A stretch of 52,636 nt of DNA from contig JASLXV010000037.1 in the NCBI GenBank assembly GCA_030740155.1, positions 1 through 52,636 of the forward strand. Direction: 5' to 3'. Both the position numbers and the translations under genes were made by a program. A model generated the notes under the pieces. The model saw only the letters and a list, made by a program, of their open reading frames with translations. It did no database searches and was not told where the DNA came from. Positions 41,801 to 50,123 of the stretch are shown piece after piece (positions within the stretch are counted from its first letter, which is position 1; the number at the start of each line of letters is the position of its first letter). Source of the stretch: Dehalococcoidia bacterium (GTDB lineage Bacteria; Chloroflexota; Dehalococcoidia; Lucifugimonadales; UBA3495).

Positions 41801-44248
41801 GGTGAGGGGCTTGAAGACCAGCCCTTTGATGTCCAAGAATCGGCGTTGGCGGCGTGGATCGAGAGAATGAACGATGTCCACGACGTGCTGAGCTTCAACA
41901 ACATCGCGGATACCTGTCGAAACGAGGCTATGGACCCGGTACGAGCCGCCGCCGAGTCGTGGCCTCAGGCGGCAACCCACCTAGTGGATGCCCTCCGGCA
42001 GGCGTGGTTCGAGAGTATATTGGAAGGTGCGCTTCGGGAGCGGGAAGCGCTGTCAGGATTCGACGGGAGCAGCCACCGGCAAGTCCTCCAACGGTTCCGG
42101 GACCTGGACACCCTGGTGCTGCAACACAACCGGGCCCGCCTGGCTCAATCCCACTGGGACCGGCTGCCTCGCCAAGAAGGGGGCGGGCAGATCGGCGGGC
42201 TGCGGCGTCAGTTCGAGTTGCGGCGGAGGCACCTGCCGATCCGGCAACTAATGGAGCGGGCCGGCAACGCGGTCCAGGCGATCAAGCCCGTATTCATGAT
42301 GAGCCCCCTCTCCATTGCCACCTACATCGCGCCGGGCAGTCTGAAATTCGACGTGGTTATCTTCGATGAGGCCAGCCAGGTGAAACCGGTCGACGCCTTC
42401 GGCGCCGTTTTCCGCGCCGATCAAGCTGTCGTCGTGGGGGACAGCAAGCAGCTTCCGCCGACCAATTTCTTCGACTCCATGGCCCAGGACCGGGACGACG
42501 ACGACGAGGAGAACACGACCGCCAACATCGAGAGCGTACTGGGCTTGTTCGCAGCCCAGGGCGCGCCCGACCGGATGTTGCGATGGCACTATCGCAGCCG
42601 CCACGAGTCGCTGATCGCCGTTTCGAACCGGGAGTTCTACGACAGCAGCCTGGTGGTCTTCCCGAGCCCCGACGCGGCCCGCCAGGATCTGGGGCTGCAA
42701 TACCGCCATCTTCCCGATGCGGTGTACGACAGGGGGCACAGCAGGACAAACCAGCTGGAGGCGGAAGAGGTGGCGCGGGCCGTGATGCACCACGCCCGGA
42801 CCCGCCCGGGCCTGACCCTCGGCGTGGCCGCCTTCAGCTCGGCCCAGATGCGGGCAGTCCAGGACCAACTGGAGCTGCTCCGGCGGCAGGACCCCTCCGG
42901 CGAGGGGTTCTTCACGGCCCATCCCGACGAGCCGTTCTTCGTCAAGAACCTGGAGACGGTGCAAGGCGACGAGCGAGACGTCATTTTCATCAGCATCGGG
43001 TACGGGCGCGCCGCTGACGGGACCACCGACATGAACTTTGGGCCGCTGAACCGGGACGGCGGGGAGCGCCGGCTGAACGTGCTGATCACCAGGGCCAAAC
43101 AGCGCTGCGAAGTGTTCACCAACCTGACGGCGGAGGACATCGACCTGGGCCGCACCAACGCCCAGGGGGTACGGGCGCTGAAGACGTTCCTGGCCTACGC
43201 CGCGGCCGGAGCAGAAACCACGACCGAGGAGTCTGACGACGCGGCTGATTCGCCTTTCGAGGAGGCCGTGGCTCTGGCCTTGGCCGGGCTCGGACACGAG
43301 GCGCACCACCGGGTCGGTTCTTCCGGGTGCTTCGTCGACCTTGCGGTGATCGACGCCGAGCGACCGGGCCGCTACCTGTTGGGAATCCAGTGCGATGGAC
43401 CAGCTTACAACATATCGCGGTCCGCCAGGGACCGGGACCGCCTGCGGGAGCATGTGCTCCGGGGCCTGGGCTGGCGCCTGCATCACATCTGGAGCACCGA
43501 TTGGTTCCGGAACCAGGAACGGGAGCTACAGAGGGCCGCGCTGGCCATCGAACAGGCCAAGACCCGTGGAACCGCCAAGCAGCAGCCGGAGCCGGAGCTA
43601 GAAACGGAACCGGACCAGGGCTCATCGGTGGACCGGGCCGACACCGTCCAAGAGGAAATGGCCGGGGACCACGCCCGGGAATACCTGCTGGCCCATCCGG
43701 AGATCAACGCCGAAGGTCAGGAGTTCGTCGTCCTCGACGACGCTACTCTGGAGTTACTGGTAGCCGAGGTCGTGGAGGTGGAAAGCCCGGTGCACGTGAG
43801 CGAGGTAGCGCGGCGCATCGCCGGCGGAACCGGGGTCAGGCGCAGGCGAGGCTACCAAGAAGCCATTGACCGGGCAATTGAGCAAGCGGTGACATCGGAG
43901 CAGGTGCGCCGGCAAGGGGAGTTCTTGTGGTGGGCCGGCATGGAGGAACCGGTCTTGCGGGACCGCGGCAAGCTGCCGGCGCCCTCTCGAAAGCTGGAGT
44001 TGATCGCGCCCGAAGAGATCGCTCTGGCCATTGGCCTGGCCGTCACTGGGTCCTACGGAATCAGCCAAGATGAGGCCGCGGTGGCCGCCGCACGGCTCCT
44101 CGGGTTCAGCCGGGTTACCGCCGGGATGCGCAACACGCTCGATCCCGTCATCCGCCAGATGGTCAGAGACGAAAGACTTGTACGGCAGGGCAACCAACTA
44201 GTATTGGCTGACCAAGAGGACCGCCAAGAGCCGCCGGTTGCCAGCTAG
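38804..44248 (+). CDS. DUF4011 - SF1 helicase - Vsr-like nuclease - DUF3320 protein (Hhe-type anti-phage architecture)
   Basis: LLDLGLRNPLLNYR (DUF4011), QGPPGTGKSQT, FDEASQ, GDSKQLPP, HYRSR, VQGDERD, RRLNVLITRA, SPFEEAV...RDRDRLR..L..LGW, VVEVESPVH. ATG38804 preferred over TTG38474. Confidence 0.88.
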   Translation: MAQNHQSSLQTLGDAARDLAGTLKLPAPRGQAEREALCLAARRAIEAPREAPGLGEVQLASDQWETQREGLRNLLAAGSGLSLLHDRLGPVLTPEAWDRDLLQISQTLAVKSGQRLRWISPEYWRARRAAASLARGRFAWVGGTRNDLVDAVLEAQRHQAVIRQHEALGQRLFGSRWQGKGSDWEGLSRLTEWVQELYQDIGAGKVPKGILDFLADNPPVSHLDPLVRAVEDADRTHAGTASVIRARLEASRRELLDLGLRNPLLNYRLLRTRGLETVDELPSQAYRVLVEEGRSVSFLPVAEETPGEKLGQPAEDETPDQPAARRTDTRLQTELPSTELQARLLSTYHLANSFIQEQGVNTLFLALGMLTWYESDGSQEGRRAPLVLVPVALDRSSARHRFQLRHTGEDSGENLSLLEKARTEFGVTLPGLPDAEDLNIEGYFDAVSESMVDLPRWSLDRKSVVLGFFSFSKFLMYRDLNVDNWPEGVKPTEHPIMGALLHDGFDEPPPAFSSDDNLDQYLSPSEVHHVVDADGSQTLAIFDVTNGRNLVVQGPPGTGKSQTITNMIAEAIGQGRTALFVSEKMAALEVVKRRLDNVGLGGACLELHSNKTAKKAVLDELKRTLDLGRPKLGHIERDLDALGQLRQRLNDYCDAVNAPLAESGVSPYRAYGELLLLRLANQDTPLPKLDLPAMQSWTDLDFRRKEGIADELQARLAAMGVPQNHPFWGSRLKVLLPTEQDRLRELLPEAQQSLAGLRDAIAALADAMGLSEAAGPAEAQAYCLAARKTMAAPDLRGADLRSEEWLTRRGELEDLLAAGSALAGLHQEYDGVLIAGAWGQDLLDVRQTLEIKGRQLLSFVSGDYRRARNRLRGLCRAKLPQGIDAQVRMADAVLEAQRLLAVLHRHESLGERLFAPRWRGEDSDWPGLTVLAGWLQDLYDAIDFGEVPEEIIDFLAENPSAIDLKLYLTPVDSAGHLHARNCGRIIEVLDMDVARRFGSGEGLEDQPFDVQESALAAWIERMNDVHDVLSFNNIADTCRNEAMDPVRAAAESWPQAATHLVDALRQAWFESILEGALREREALSGFDGSSHRQVLQRFRDLDTLVLQHNRARLAQSHWDRLPRQEGGGQIGGLRRQFELRRRHLPIRQLMERAGNAVQAIKPVFMMSPLSIATYIAPGSLKFDVVIFDEASQVKPVDAFGAVFRADQAVVVGDSKQLPPTNFFDSMAQDRDDDDEENTTANIESVLGLFAAQGAPDRMLRWHYRSRHESLIAVSNREFYDSSLVVFPSPDAARQDLGLQYRHLPDAVYDRGHSRTNQLEAEEVARAVMHHARTRPGLTLGVAAFSSAQMRAVQDQLELLRRQDPSGEGFFTAHPDEPFFVKNLETVQGDERDVIFISIGYGRAADGTTDMNFGPLNRDGGERRLNVLITRAKQRCEVFTNLTAEDIDLGRTNAQGVRALKTFLAYAAAGAETTTEESDDAADSPFEEAVALALAGLGHEAHHRVGSSGCFVDLAVIDAERPGRYLLGIQCDGPAYNISRSARDRDRLREHVLRGLGWRLHHIWSTDWFRNQERELQRAALAIEQAKTRGTAKQQPEPELETEPDQGSSVDRADTVQEEMAGDHAREYLLAHPEINAEGQEFVVLDDATLELLVAEVVEVESPVHVSEVARRIAGGTGVRRRRGYQEAIDRAIEQAVTSEQVRRQGEFLWWAGMEEPVLRDRGKLPAPSRKLELIAPEEIALAIGLAVTGSYGISQDEAAVAAARLLGFSRVTAGMRNTLDPVIRQMVRDERLVRQGNQLVLADQEDRQEPPVAS

Positions 44249-44261
44249 GCTACCGCAAACA

Positions 44262-44308
44262 AAATCCCCCTGTATCCCACTTTAAAAAAGGGGGACCGAG
44301 GGGGATTT
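44262..44308. repeat. AAATCCCCCT...AGGGGGATTT palindromic repeat; possible terminator between convergent genes
   Basis: Outer 10-bp inverted repeat enclosing CCCACTTT-AAA-AAAGGGGG. Confidence 0.75.
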
Positions 44309-44405
44309 CTTCGTTTCAACGCTTGCCACGGTAGGGCTTAAGAGCCCCCGCGCCGGTCGGCGGCCGCCTGCGCAGGAACTACGCCGCAACGTGGACACAG
44401 AGGCC

Positions 44406-44984
44406 TCAAGCCAGGTCCAGCAACCGGGCCCCTTTCAATACCCAGGTAGGAACCGGCTCGATGGCCCGCAGCCCCAGGTTTACAAGGCAGGCGACGGCCG
44501 CACCTATGAGCCCCCCGGCAAACACGTCGCTGGGGAAGAACAGGCCGTTGTAGACCCGCACGAAGCTCCACAAACCCGCCAGGAAGAACAGCGGCAAGCC
44601 GGCCCTCCGGTTGCCCAGCCAAACGCCCATCGCCAACGCGAAGGCGACTGCCGCAGGATTGGCGGGAAGAGAGGAGTCGGTCGGCGCGTACAGCAGGTTC
44701 GCCAACTCGTGGTGGGCAATTGGCCGGTCCCGAAAGACCTGCTGGTTCAGCAGCAGCACCGCCAGGTTGGCGAAGCCCAGGGCGATGGCCGCCCCCAAGA
44801 CCGCCCGTTGGTTGCGGTCCCTAGCCTGAGGGTCCTTCCCTTGAAACCAGAGCCCCAGCGTCCATAGGCACATGGCCAGGGGCACGAAATAGTCGCTGAC
44901 CACCAGGTATGTTGCCCGGTCCAAGAGGTAGGACCGGCCGATAATCTGGTTGAGCCAGGAGACGATCTGGGTCTCTAACTCCAC
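44406..44984 (-). CDS. PAP2-superfamily (BcrC-like) membrane protein lacking the catalytic histidines
   Basis: FRDRP (C1), DSSLPANPA (C2; normally SFPSxH), RVYNGLFFPSDV (C3; normally RVxxGxHxPxD). Confidence 0.78.
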   Translation of the reverse strand: MELETQIVSWLNQIIGRSYLLDRATYLVVSDYFVPLAMCLWTLGLWFQGKDPQARDRNQRAVLGAAIALGFANLAVLLLNQQVFRDRPIAHHELANLLYAPTDSSLPANPAAVAFALAMGVWLGNRRAGLPLFFLAGLWSFVRVYNGLFFPSDVFAGGLIGAAVACLVNLGLRAIEPVPTWVLKGARLLDLA

Positions 44985-45550
44985 GAGCGCTTCCGATGCC
45001 GCAAGGGTCCGGCGCGCCGCGCTCGGGCGGCGATCTGGCGGGCAAACCGGAAGCTGGGAACGCGCCCGCCATCGGACTTGTTGCGGCCCTCGGAGTCCTC
45101 GGCGAGGCCAGTTCTTGGGCCGGCCCCCGTCCCGCGGCCCCTTCGGGCCCAGTAGTAGCTACAGGTCCTGTGCAGGGCGCGCAGATAGTTGGTCTCCCGG
45201 AGCGCATCTAGCCCTGGCGGCAGGTGTGGCTGTTTCGCCCCCAGGCTCCAGTTGCGCAGCGACGACACGATCAGGGTGAAGGCAAGGCCGGCACCGGCGC
45301 CGGCGAAGAAGTAGCCAAACTGCTCGTTGCCGTTCATCCCAAGGGCGGTGTCGGGCACATTGCGAGACTCGGAGAGGAAGAACCAGGCCACCGCGCCGGT
45401 CGCCACCAGCGCGCCAAACAGGAAGGTAACGGGGCGCTGATGGAAATACAGCAAGCCCCGGAAGCCGCCAAGCGCCGCCGCCATCTGGAAAACGCCGCCG
45501 GACGCCAGAAATACCAGTATGCAGTAGTCCAGGATGAATGAGCCGGTCAC
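44975..45550 (-). CDS. Hypothetical membrane protein
   Basis: About three hydrophobic segments; tightly packed between plsY and the PAP2 gene on the same strand. Confidence 0.65.
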   Translation of the reverse strand: MTGSFILDYCILVFLASGGVFQMAAALGGFRGLLYFHQRPVTFLFGALVATGAVAWFFLSESRNVPDTALGMNGNEQFGYFFAGAGAGLAFTLIVSSLRNWSLGAKQPHLPPGLDALRETNYLRALHRTCSYYWARRGRGTGAGPRTGLAEDSEGRNKSDGGRVPSFRFARQIAARARRAGPLRHRKRSWS

Positions 45551-45558
45551 GGGAATCG

Positions 45559-46209
45559 CTATCCTCCCGGCAAGGCCCGTTCGTCTCCATCTGCCGGCCT
45601 CGCGGGCCTCCCGGAAGCGAACCGTCGCGTGCTCAGGTGATGGGTAATGCCCACCATTACCGGTAATCCCACCGAATAGATGACGAAGGGGTAGGAGTAG
45701 CCCACCGGCCAGGAAAGCACCGGAACCGCAATGAGGAAGAACCCCAGGGCCGGCGTGGCCTTCTTTGTCAGGAACAGAATCACCAGGGTAAGCGCCCCGA
45801 CCGGCATCGCCAGCGCGGGCAGCATAGCGAGGAAGACTCCCATGGCCGTGGCCGCACCGCGACCACCCCGCAGCCCCAGAAACGCCGGCCAGTTGTGGCC
45901 CGCCACCACCGCGGCGCCGGCCGACATCTCCAAGACGGTGGAATCCACCAGCCCCCGAACCAGCGCAACCGCCACCACCCCTTTCATTATGTCAAGCGCC
46001 CCAACCGCCAGGCCGGCCTTCGGTCCAACGTTGCGATACACGTTGGCCGCTCCGGCGTTGTGGTCGCCGATCCTTCGGATGTCACGGCCGGTCAACAGAC
46101 GCGTGGCCACATATGAGGTGGGGATTCCACCGATCAGGTAGGAGGTCAGTACCAGGCTAAGCCAGACCCAGATTGACACCGTTTCCACCGCTTCCAGGTG
46201 CAATAACAA
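45559..46209 (-). CDS. plsY: Glycerol-3-phosphate acyltransferase PlsY family
   Basis: SYLIGGIP, DIRRIGDHNAGAANV, LDIMKG, GHNWP.FL..RGGRG.AT motifs; exact start uncertain. Confidence 0.82.
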   Translation of the reverse strand: MLLHLEAVETVSIWVWLSLVLTSYLIGGIPTSYVATRLLTGRDIRRIGDHNAGAANVYRNVGPKAGLAVGALDIMKGVVAVALVRGLVDSTVLEMSAGAAVVAGHNWPAFLGLRGGRGAATAMGVFLAMLPALAMPVGALTLVILFLTKKATPALGFFLIAVPVLSWPVGYSYPFVIYSVGLPVMVGITHHLSTRRFASGRPARPADGDERALPGG

Positions 46210-46266
46210 CCCGGGTGAGCAAACCGCCGGCCCTCAAGCGGCGGGTGGGCCGTGCCCCACGGTAAA

Positions 46267-47232
46267 TCAGGCGGGAACCAGCCGAGGCACGGCCGCAGTG
46301 CACCAGTGAAGGTACTTGGGATTTCGTCCCGCGACGATCTCGAAGTACATCTCCTGCAGCCGTTTGGAAATGGGGCCCGTTTTGCCATCGGCGATCGGCC
46401 GGTGGTCCAACTCCACGACCGGAGTCAGGTGGGCGGCGGTGCCGGTCAGGAAGACTTCTTCGGCGAGGTAGAGTTCGCTGCGGTTGATGCTTCGCTCCGC
46501 CACCTTCAATCCCAACTCGCTCTGGGCTAACTGGATCACCGTGTCGCGGGTGATCCCGGGCAGCGCGTTGTCCTCCGGTGTCGGCGTGACCAGAGAGCCG
46601 CCAGAGACCATGAAGATGTTCTCCCCTGAGCCCTCGCAGACGTGGCCGCTATTGTTCAGAATGATTGCCTCGTCGAACCCGGCCAGGGTCGCCTCGGTCT
46701 TGGCCAGGATGCTGTTGACGTAGAGCCCGCAGTTCTTTATCCGCGCGGGTATCATGGGATCGTCCACCCGGCGCCAGGAGGAGGTGCAGCACCGGAGCAC
46801 GTCGGACCCCAGGTAGTTTCCGAATGGAACCGTGATGAGGGTGAAATCGCTCGCCAGGTCCTGGAGCTTCAGATTGGCCACCATTTCGGCGCTCTTATAG
46901 GCCAGGGGGCGAATGTAGATGTCTTGCTGATGGCCGTTGCGCTCTACCAGGTCGACCGTGAGATCGCACAGTTCGTCCACCGTGTGGGGAATATCCAGCA
47001 TCATAATGCGGCACCCGCGCAGGAGCCGCTCGTAGTGCTCCCGCAGGCGGAAGATGTAGACCGCCCCTTTTTCCTGGTTCCAGTTGCCGCGGATGCCCTC
47101 GAACACTCCGGTGCCGTAATGGAGCGCATGGGTCATCACGCTGACCCGGGCCTTACTGGCGGGGACGAACTTCCCCTTGAAATAGGTAAGTAGCTCGCCA
47201 TTGCCACCAGAAGCAGGTTCCGAGGTGCCCAC
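46267..47232 (-). CDS. ilvE: Branched-chain amino acid aminotransferase
   Basis: THALHYGTGVFEGIRG, YIRP, K..GLYVNS, EGSGENIF, LPGITR, FLTGTAA. Confidence 0.93.
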   Translation of the reverse strand: MGTSEPASGGNGELLTYFKGKFVPASKARVSVMTHALHYGTGVFEGIRGNWNQEKGAVYIFRLREHYERLLRGCRIMMLDIPHTVDELCDLTVDLVERNGHQQDIYIRPLAYKSAEMVANLKLQDLASDFTLITVPFGNYLGSDVLRCCTSSWRRVDDPMIPARIKNCGLYVNSILAKTEATLAGFDEAIILNNSGHVCEGSGENIFMVSGGSLVTPTPEDNALPGITRDTVIQLAQSELGLKVAERSINRSELYLAEEVFLTGTAAHLTPVVELDHRPIADGKTGPISKRLQEMYFEIVAGRNPKYLHWCTAAVPRLVPA

Positions 47233-47304
47233 GGCACGCCCCCTTTCGTTACAGACTGGGCTAGATTATAATCGGACTCCCATTACGAATACAAGGGATT
47301 GACC

Positions 47305-47813
47305 ATGGATGGAACGAGCCCAGCTCCCCGGTCGAACCTCTCGATCATCGTTGCGGCAGTCCTGGCTTCCCTGGCCACCGCCGTGGTACTCGGTGCGGTA
47401 CTCCTCTTCGTCCGCCGGGACGACAACGCCCCCATCCAGGTAGTACTTCCGGCCACCGCCGTAGCCGAGCCCGCAACCAATCCTCAGACCGCCGCATCGG
47501 GCGAGGCCGGCCGGGCGCAGGGGGAGGTCCGGGTCTACGTAACCGGGGCCGTGAGCCGCCCCGGGGTATACACCCTGGCGCCGGATGACCGGGTGGAAGA
47601 CGCCATCGCGGCGGCCGGCGGAGCCAACGCCGACGCGGAACTCACAGGGCTAAATCAGGCCGGCCGGGTCCGGGACGAGGAGCATTATCACGTCCCCAGA
47701 CTGGGCGAGATTCCGCCCACGGCGACTGTCTCCGCCGAGAACCAAGCCAACACCTCGGACTCCTCCGCGACGGGCGGTGGCCTGATCGACCTGAACGCCG
47801 CCTCGGCGGAGTT
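47305..47813 (+). pseudogene. comEA: ComEA competence DNA-binding protein, 5' part; interrupted at the start of the HhH domain
   Basis: N-terminal TM, SLBB domain VYVTGAVSRPGVYTL...RVEDAIAAAGG...LNQA..VRD...VP, then LIDLNAASAE. Homology ends there and the frame runs on into element DNA to a stop at 47868. Confidence 0.85.
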
Positions 47814-47815
47814 TA

Positions 47816-49324
47816 CTATAAGGTATATAAAGCTAATAGAGGCCGACAGATTGGCAGCCAATCGATAGCAACTTCACGCTCCGTGATGATTACTCGGTCA
47901 ACCAGAGGCTCCAGAATTTCCCGCCAGCCTTCATCGTCTAGGTCATCCCATTCGATGTCGTCCAGAATTGAGAATAGTCCATCATACTCGGCCCGTGGCA
48001 CGGCTGCTACTTGGGACAAGGAAACCTCTATTTTGCGAAGTTCGGCCATCAGTTGATCCCTGCGGACTATGTATCGCCCCGGAGGGATTAGTCCGTCCAG
48101 CAAAGCGTTCTCTAGGGAGATCAGGCGCTCTTCTTGCTGCTGTTTCCGCTCCAAGAGAGATTCACGGGCCTGATATTGCCCTTGGTGCTCTTTGTCGATT
48201 ATTTCGGCAGCGACTTCTTTAGCCCTTTTCCGCACATCTGTCATTTTTGGGGGCTCTAATAGCTTCTTCATGTTGGCCTTCACCTGGGGTTCAAGCTTCA
48301 GTCCCGAGATGGACGGCTGGTTGCAATCGAGGCGCCCAACACGCCGGGAGCATATATATTGAACCCACCGATGGGCGGTCTTTTTCCCCACCATTGGCCG
48401 GTTACACTTGCCGCAACGCAGCAGTCCGCTCAGAAGGAATTGTGGATGGGGGCCTCCTCTACGCCGATGCCTATTGGTGATAAGTCGGTCGTGTACCTGC
48501 TGGAACGTCGCATCATCTACTAGAGCGGGGTGCAACCCTTCAGCCTCAAAGGGTTCACTCGGGGCTGCGAAGCGCGAGCGAGCTTGGAGTCCGTACACCA
48601 CCTGACCCACATAGGCGCGGTTACGCAGGATTTGCCTCACTCCCTGACGAGAGAACTTGTGGCCCTTTTCAGCCAAGCACATCGTCAGTTCCCCCAGAGA
48701 TGTCCTGCCAATCGCGTACTGCCTGAACAGCTTCTCCACTGCTGGTGCATCCGAGTTGGGTACCAGCACCGACCCTTTGCCATCTGGAGCCTTTCCCAGG
48801 TCGTAGCCGAACGGGGCCTGGCCATTCCACTTCCCATCCCTGGCTCTAGCTCGCTTGTTAGGGATTACCCTGAAGCTGAGCCTCCTGCTCTCTTCCTCCC
48901 CCAGCAGTCCGAATAACCCTTGTACAAAGGGGTTATCAGTGGGCTCGGTGGCGCTGTGGATATCAACACCCAGGCGGCGCATAGCCTTGAGGGCATAGAA
49001 GTAATCAGCGGTGTCTCTCCCCAGTCTGTCCATCCGCCAAACTACAATGGTGTCGAACCGCCCCTCTTGAGCGGCCTTGAGTACCTTCTGGTATTCCGGC
49101 CGGTCACTGTTGAGGCCAGACTCTGCTTCGACATATTGGGCGACCTCGACGAAGCCCTTGGTTTCACAGAACCGTTGGCAGTCCCGAAGTTGGGTATCCA
49201 GAGACGCACCTTCCCGCTCCTGCCGGTCCGTAGACACTCGGCAGTAAATAGCGGCCCGAACTCCCCCGGTAAAGGCACCATTGATTGCCTTGGGGGTTTC
49301 AATTATTTGTAGTATCGTGTTCAC
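47816..49324 (-). CDS. Large serine recombinase (integrase)
   Basis: AIYCRVSTDRQ (catalytic Ser), DRPEY, VWRMDRLGR, GQAPFGY recombinase domain, LSGLLRCGKC...YIC...C zinc ribbon, coiled coil. Confidence 0.94.
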   Translation of the reverse strand: MNTILQIIETPKAINGAFTGGVRAAIYCRVSTDRQEREGASLDTQLRDCQRFCETKGFVEVAQYVEAESGLNSDRPEYQKVLKAAQEGRFDTIVVWRMDRLGRDTADYFYALKAMRRLGVDIHSATEPTDNPFVQGLFGLLGEEESRRLSFRVIPNKRARARDGKWNGQAPFGYDLGKAPDGKGSVLVPNSDAPAVEKLFRQYAIGRTSLGELTMCLAEKGHKFSRQGVRQILRNRAYVGQVVYGLQARSRFAAPSEPFEAEGLHPALVDDATFQQVHDRLITNRHRRRGGPHPQFLLSGLLRCGKCNRPMVGKKTAHRWVQYICSRRVGRLDCNQPSISGLKLEPQVKANMKKLLEPPKMTDVRKRAKEVAAEIIDKEHQGQYQARESLLERKQQQEERLISLENALLDGLIPPGRYIVRRDQLMAELRKIEVSLSQVAAVPRAEYDGLFSILDDIEWDDLDDEGWREILEPLVDRVIITEREVAIDWLPICRPLLALYTL

Positions 49325-49342
49325 CTCAAGCTTCGGAACCGG

Positions 49343-49558
49343 CTAGGTCGCCGAAGAATTGCTGTCGCCCCGGCCCTTCTGGCTGTTGCCAGGGTTCCCC
49401 ATAAGCCTCTCCACCTCGCGCCTGGGCCACCTCAGCCTGCCGCCTACCCCAACCTGTACTGCATACGCGAGCCCCTTCTTATGCCACTTCCAGAGGGTCA
49501 GAGGGCTAACCCTGAGCAGTGTGGCTGCTTCTTTAGTGGTCAATATTTGATTCTTCAT
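49343..49558 (-). CDS. Excisionase-like (MerR-type HTH) DNA-binding protein
   Basis: ILTTKEAATLLRVSPLTLWKWHKKG...GGRLRWPRREVERL; GGAG SD before ATG49558. Confidence 0.8.
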   Translation of the reverse strand: MKNQILTTKEAATLLRVSPLTLWKWHKKGLAYAVQVGVGGRLRWPRREVERLMGNPGNSQKGRGDSNSSAT

Positions 49559-49592
49559 AATGAACGCTCCATGATCTGAGTTTGAAATGGGT

Positions 49593-50123
49593 TTAGACCT
49601 CTTGCCCAAGGACGAACTTGGAATCGTCATCAAAGAACGCCTCGCACCTCTTCTTCGTCATTTTGTAGCTCGTGCTGCCAAAGAAATGGTTCTTTAATGT
49701 TCCGATCAGATCCCTGTAACCTGACTTGTCGTAATCCGCGAACAGACGAGGCACGCTTAGGTCAATGACGTCGGTCCTGTAGAGGAATGACCTCCTGCAT
49801 TCAGGACGGGGACTAGATTGAGGCCCAATAGATATTCCGTAGAATCTATCGGTGACCGGATTCCTAAAATAATCAGCCACTAATTCCTCCTTGCCGTCGT
49901 GGCGAATTTTTGTCGAGGTAGCTCGTTTGTATATCTCTTCCGCTTCCACAGCGTGTCCACCTTCAAATCTCTTGTTATCGTACATGTAAAAGAACCAGTC
50001 AGGGTCGGCGAAGATCACCTGGGGAAGTGTCTTACCCCGGTGTTTTTTGAAGCCTAATGGCGTCCAACCCATCGCTAAGACCCGGCCCTGGTCAGACTGG
50101 TGTGAATGTGGAGTTTCCTGCAT
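49593..50123 (-). CDS. Hypothetical protein with an N-terminal FxKHxGxxLxQ...DPDW motif
   Basis: 176 aa with GAGGAG SD; co-oriented with the HTH and integrase genes. Confidence 0.65.
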   Translation of the reverse strand: MQETPHSHQSDQGRVLAMGWTPLGFKKHRGKTLPQVIFADPDWFFYMYDNKRFEGGHAVEAEEIYKRATSTKIRHDGKEELVADYFRNPVTDRFYGISIGPQSSPRPECRRSFLYRTDVIDLSVPRLFADYDKSGYRDLIGTLKNHFFGSTSYKMTKKRCEAFFDDDSKFVLGQEV

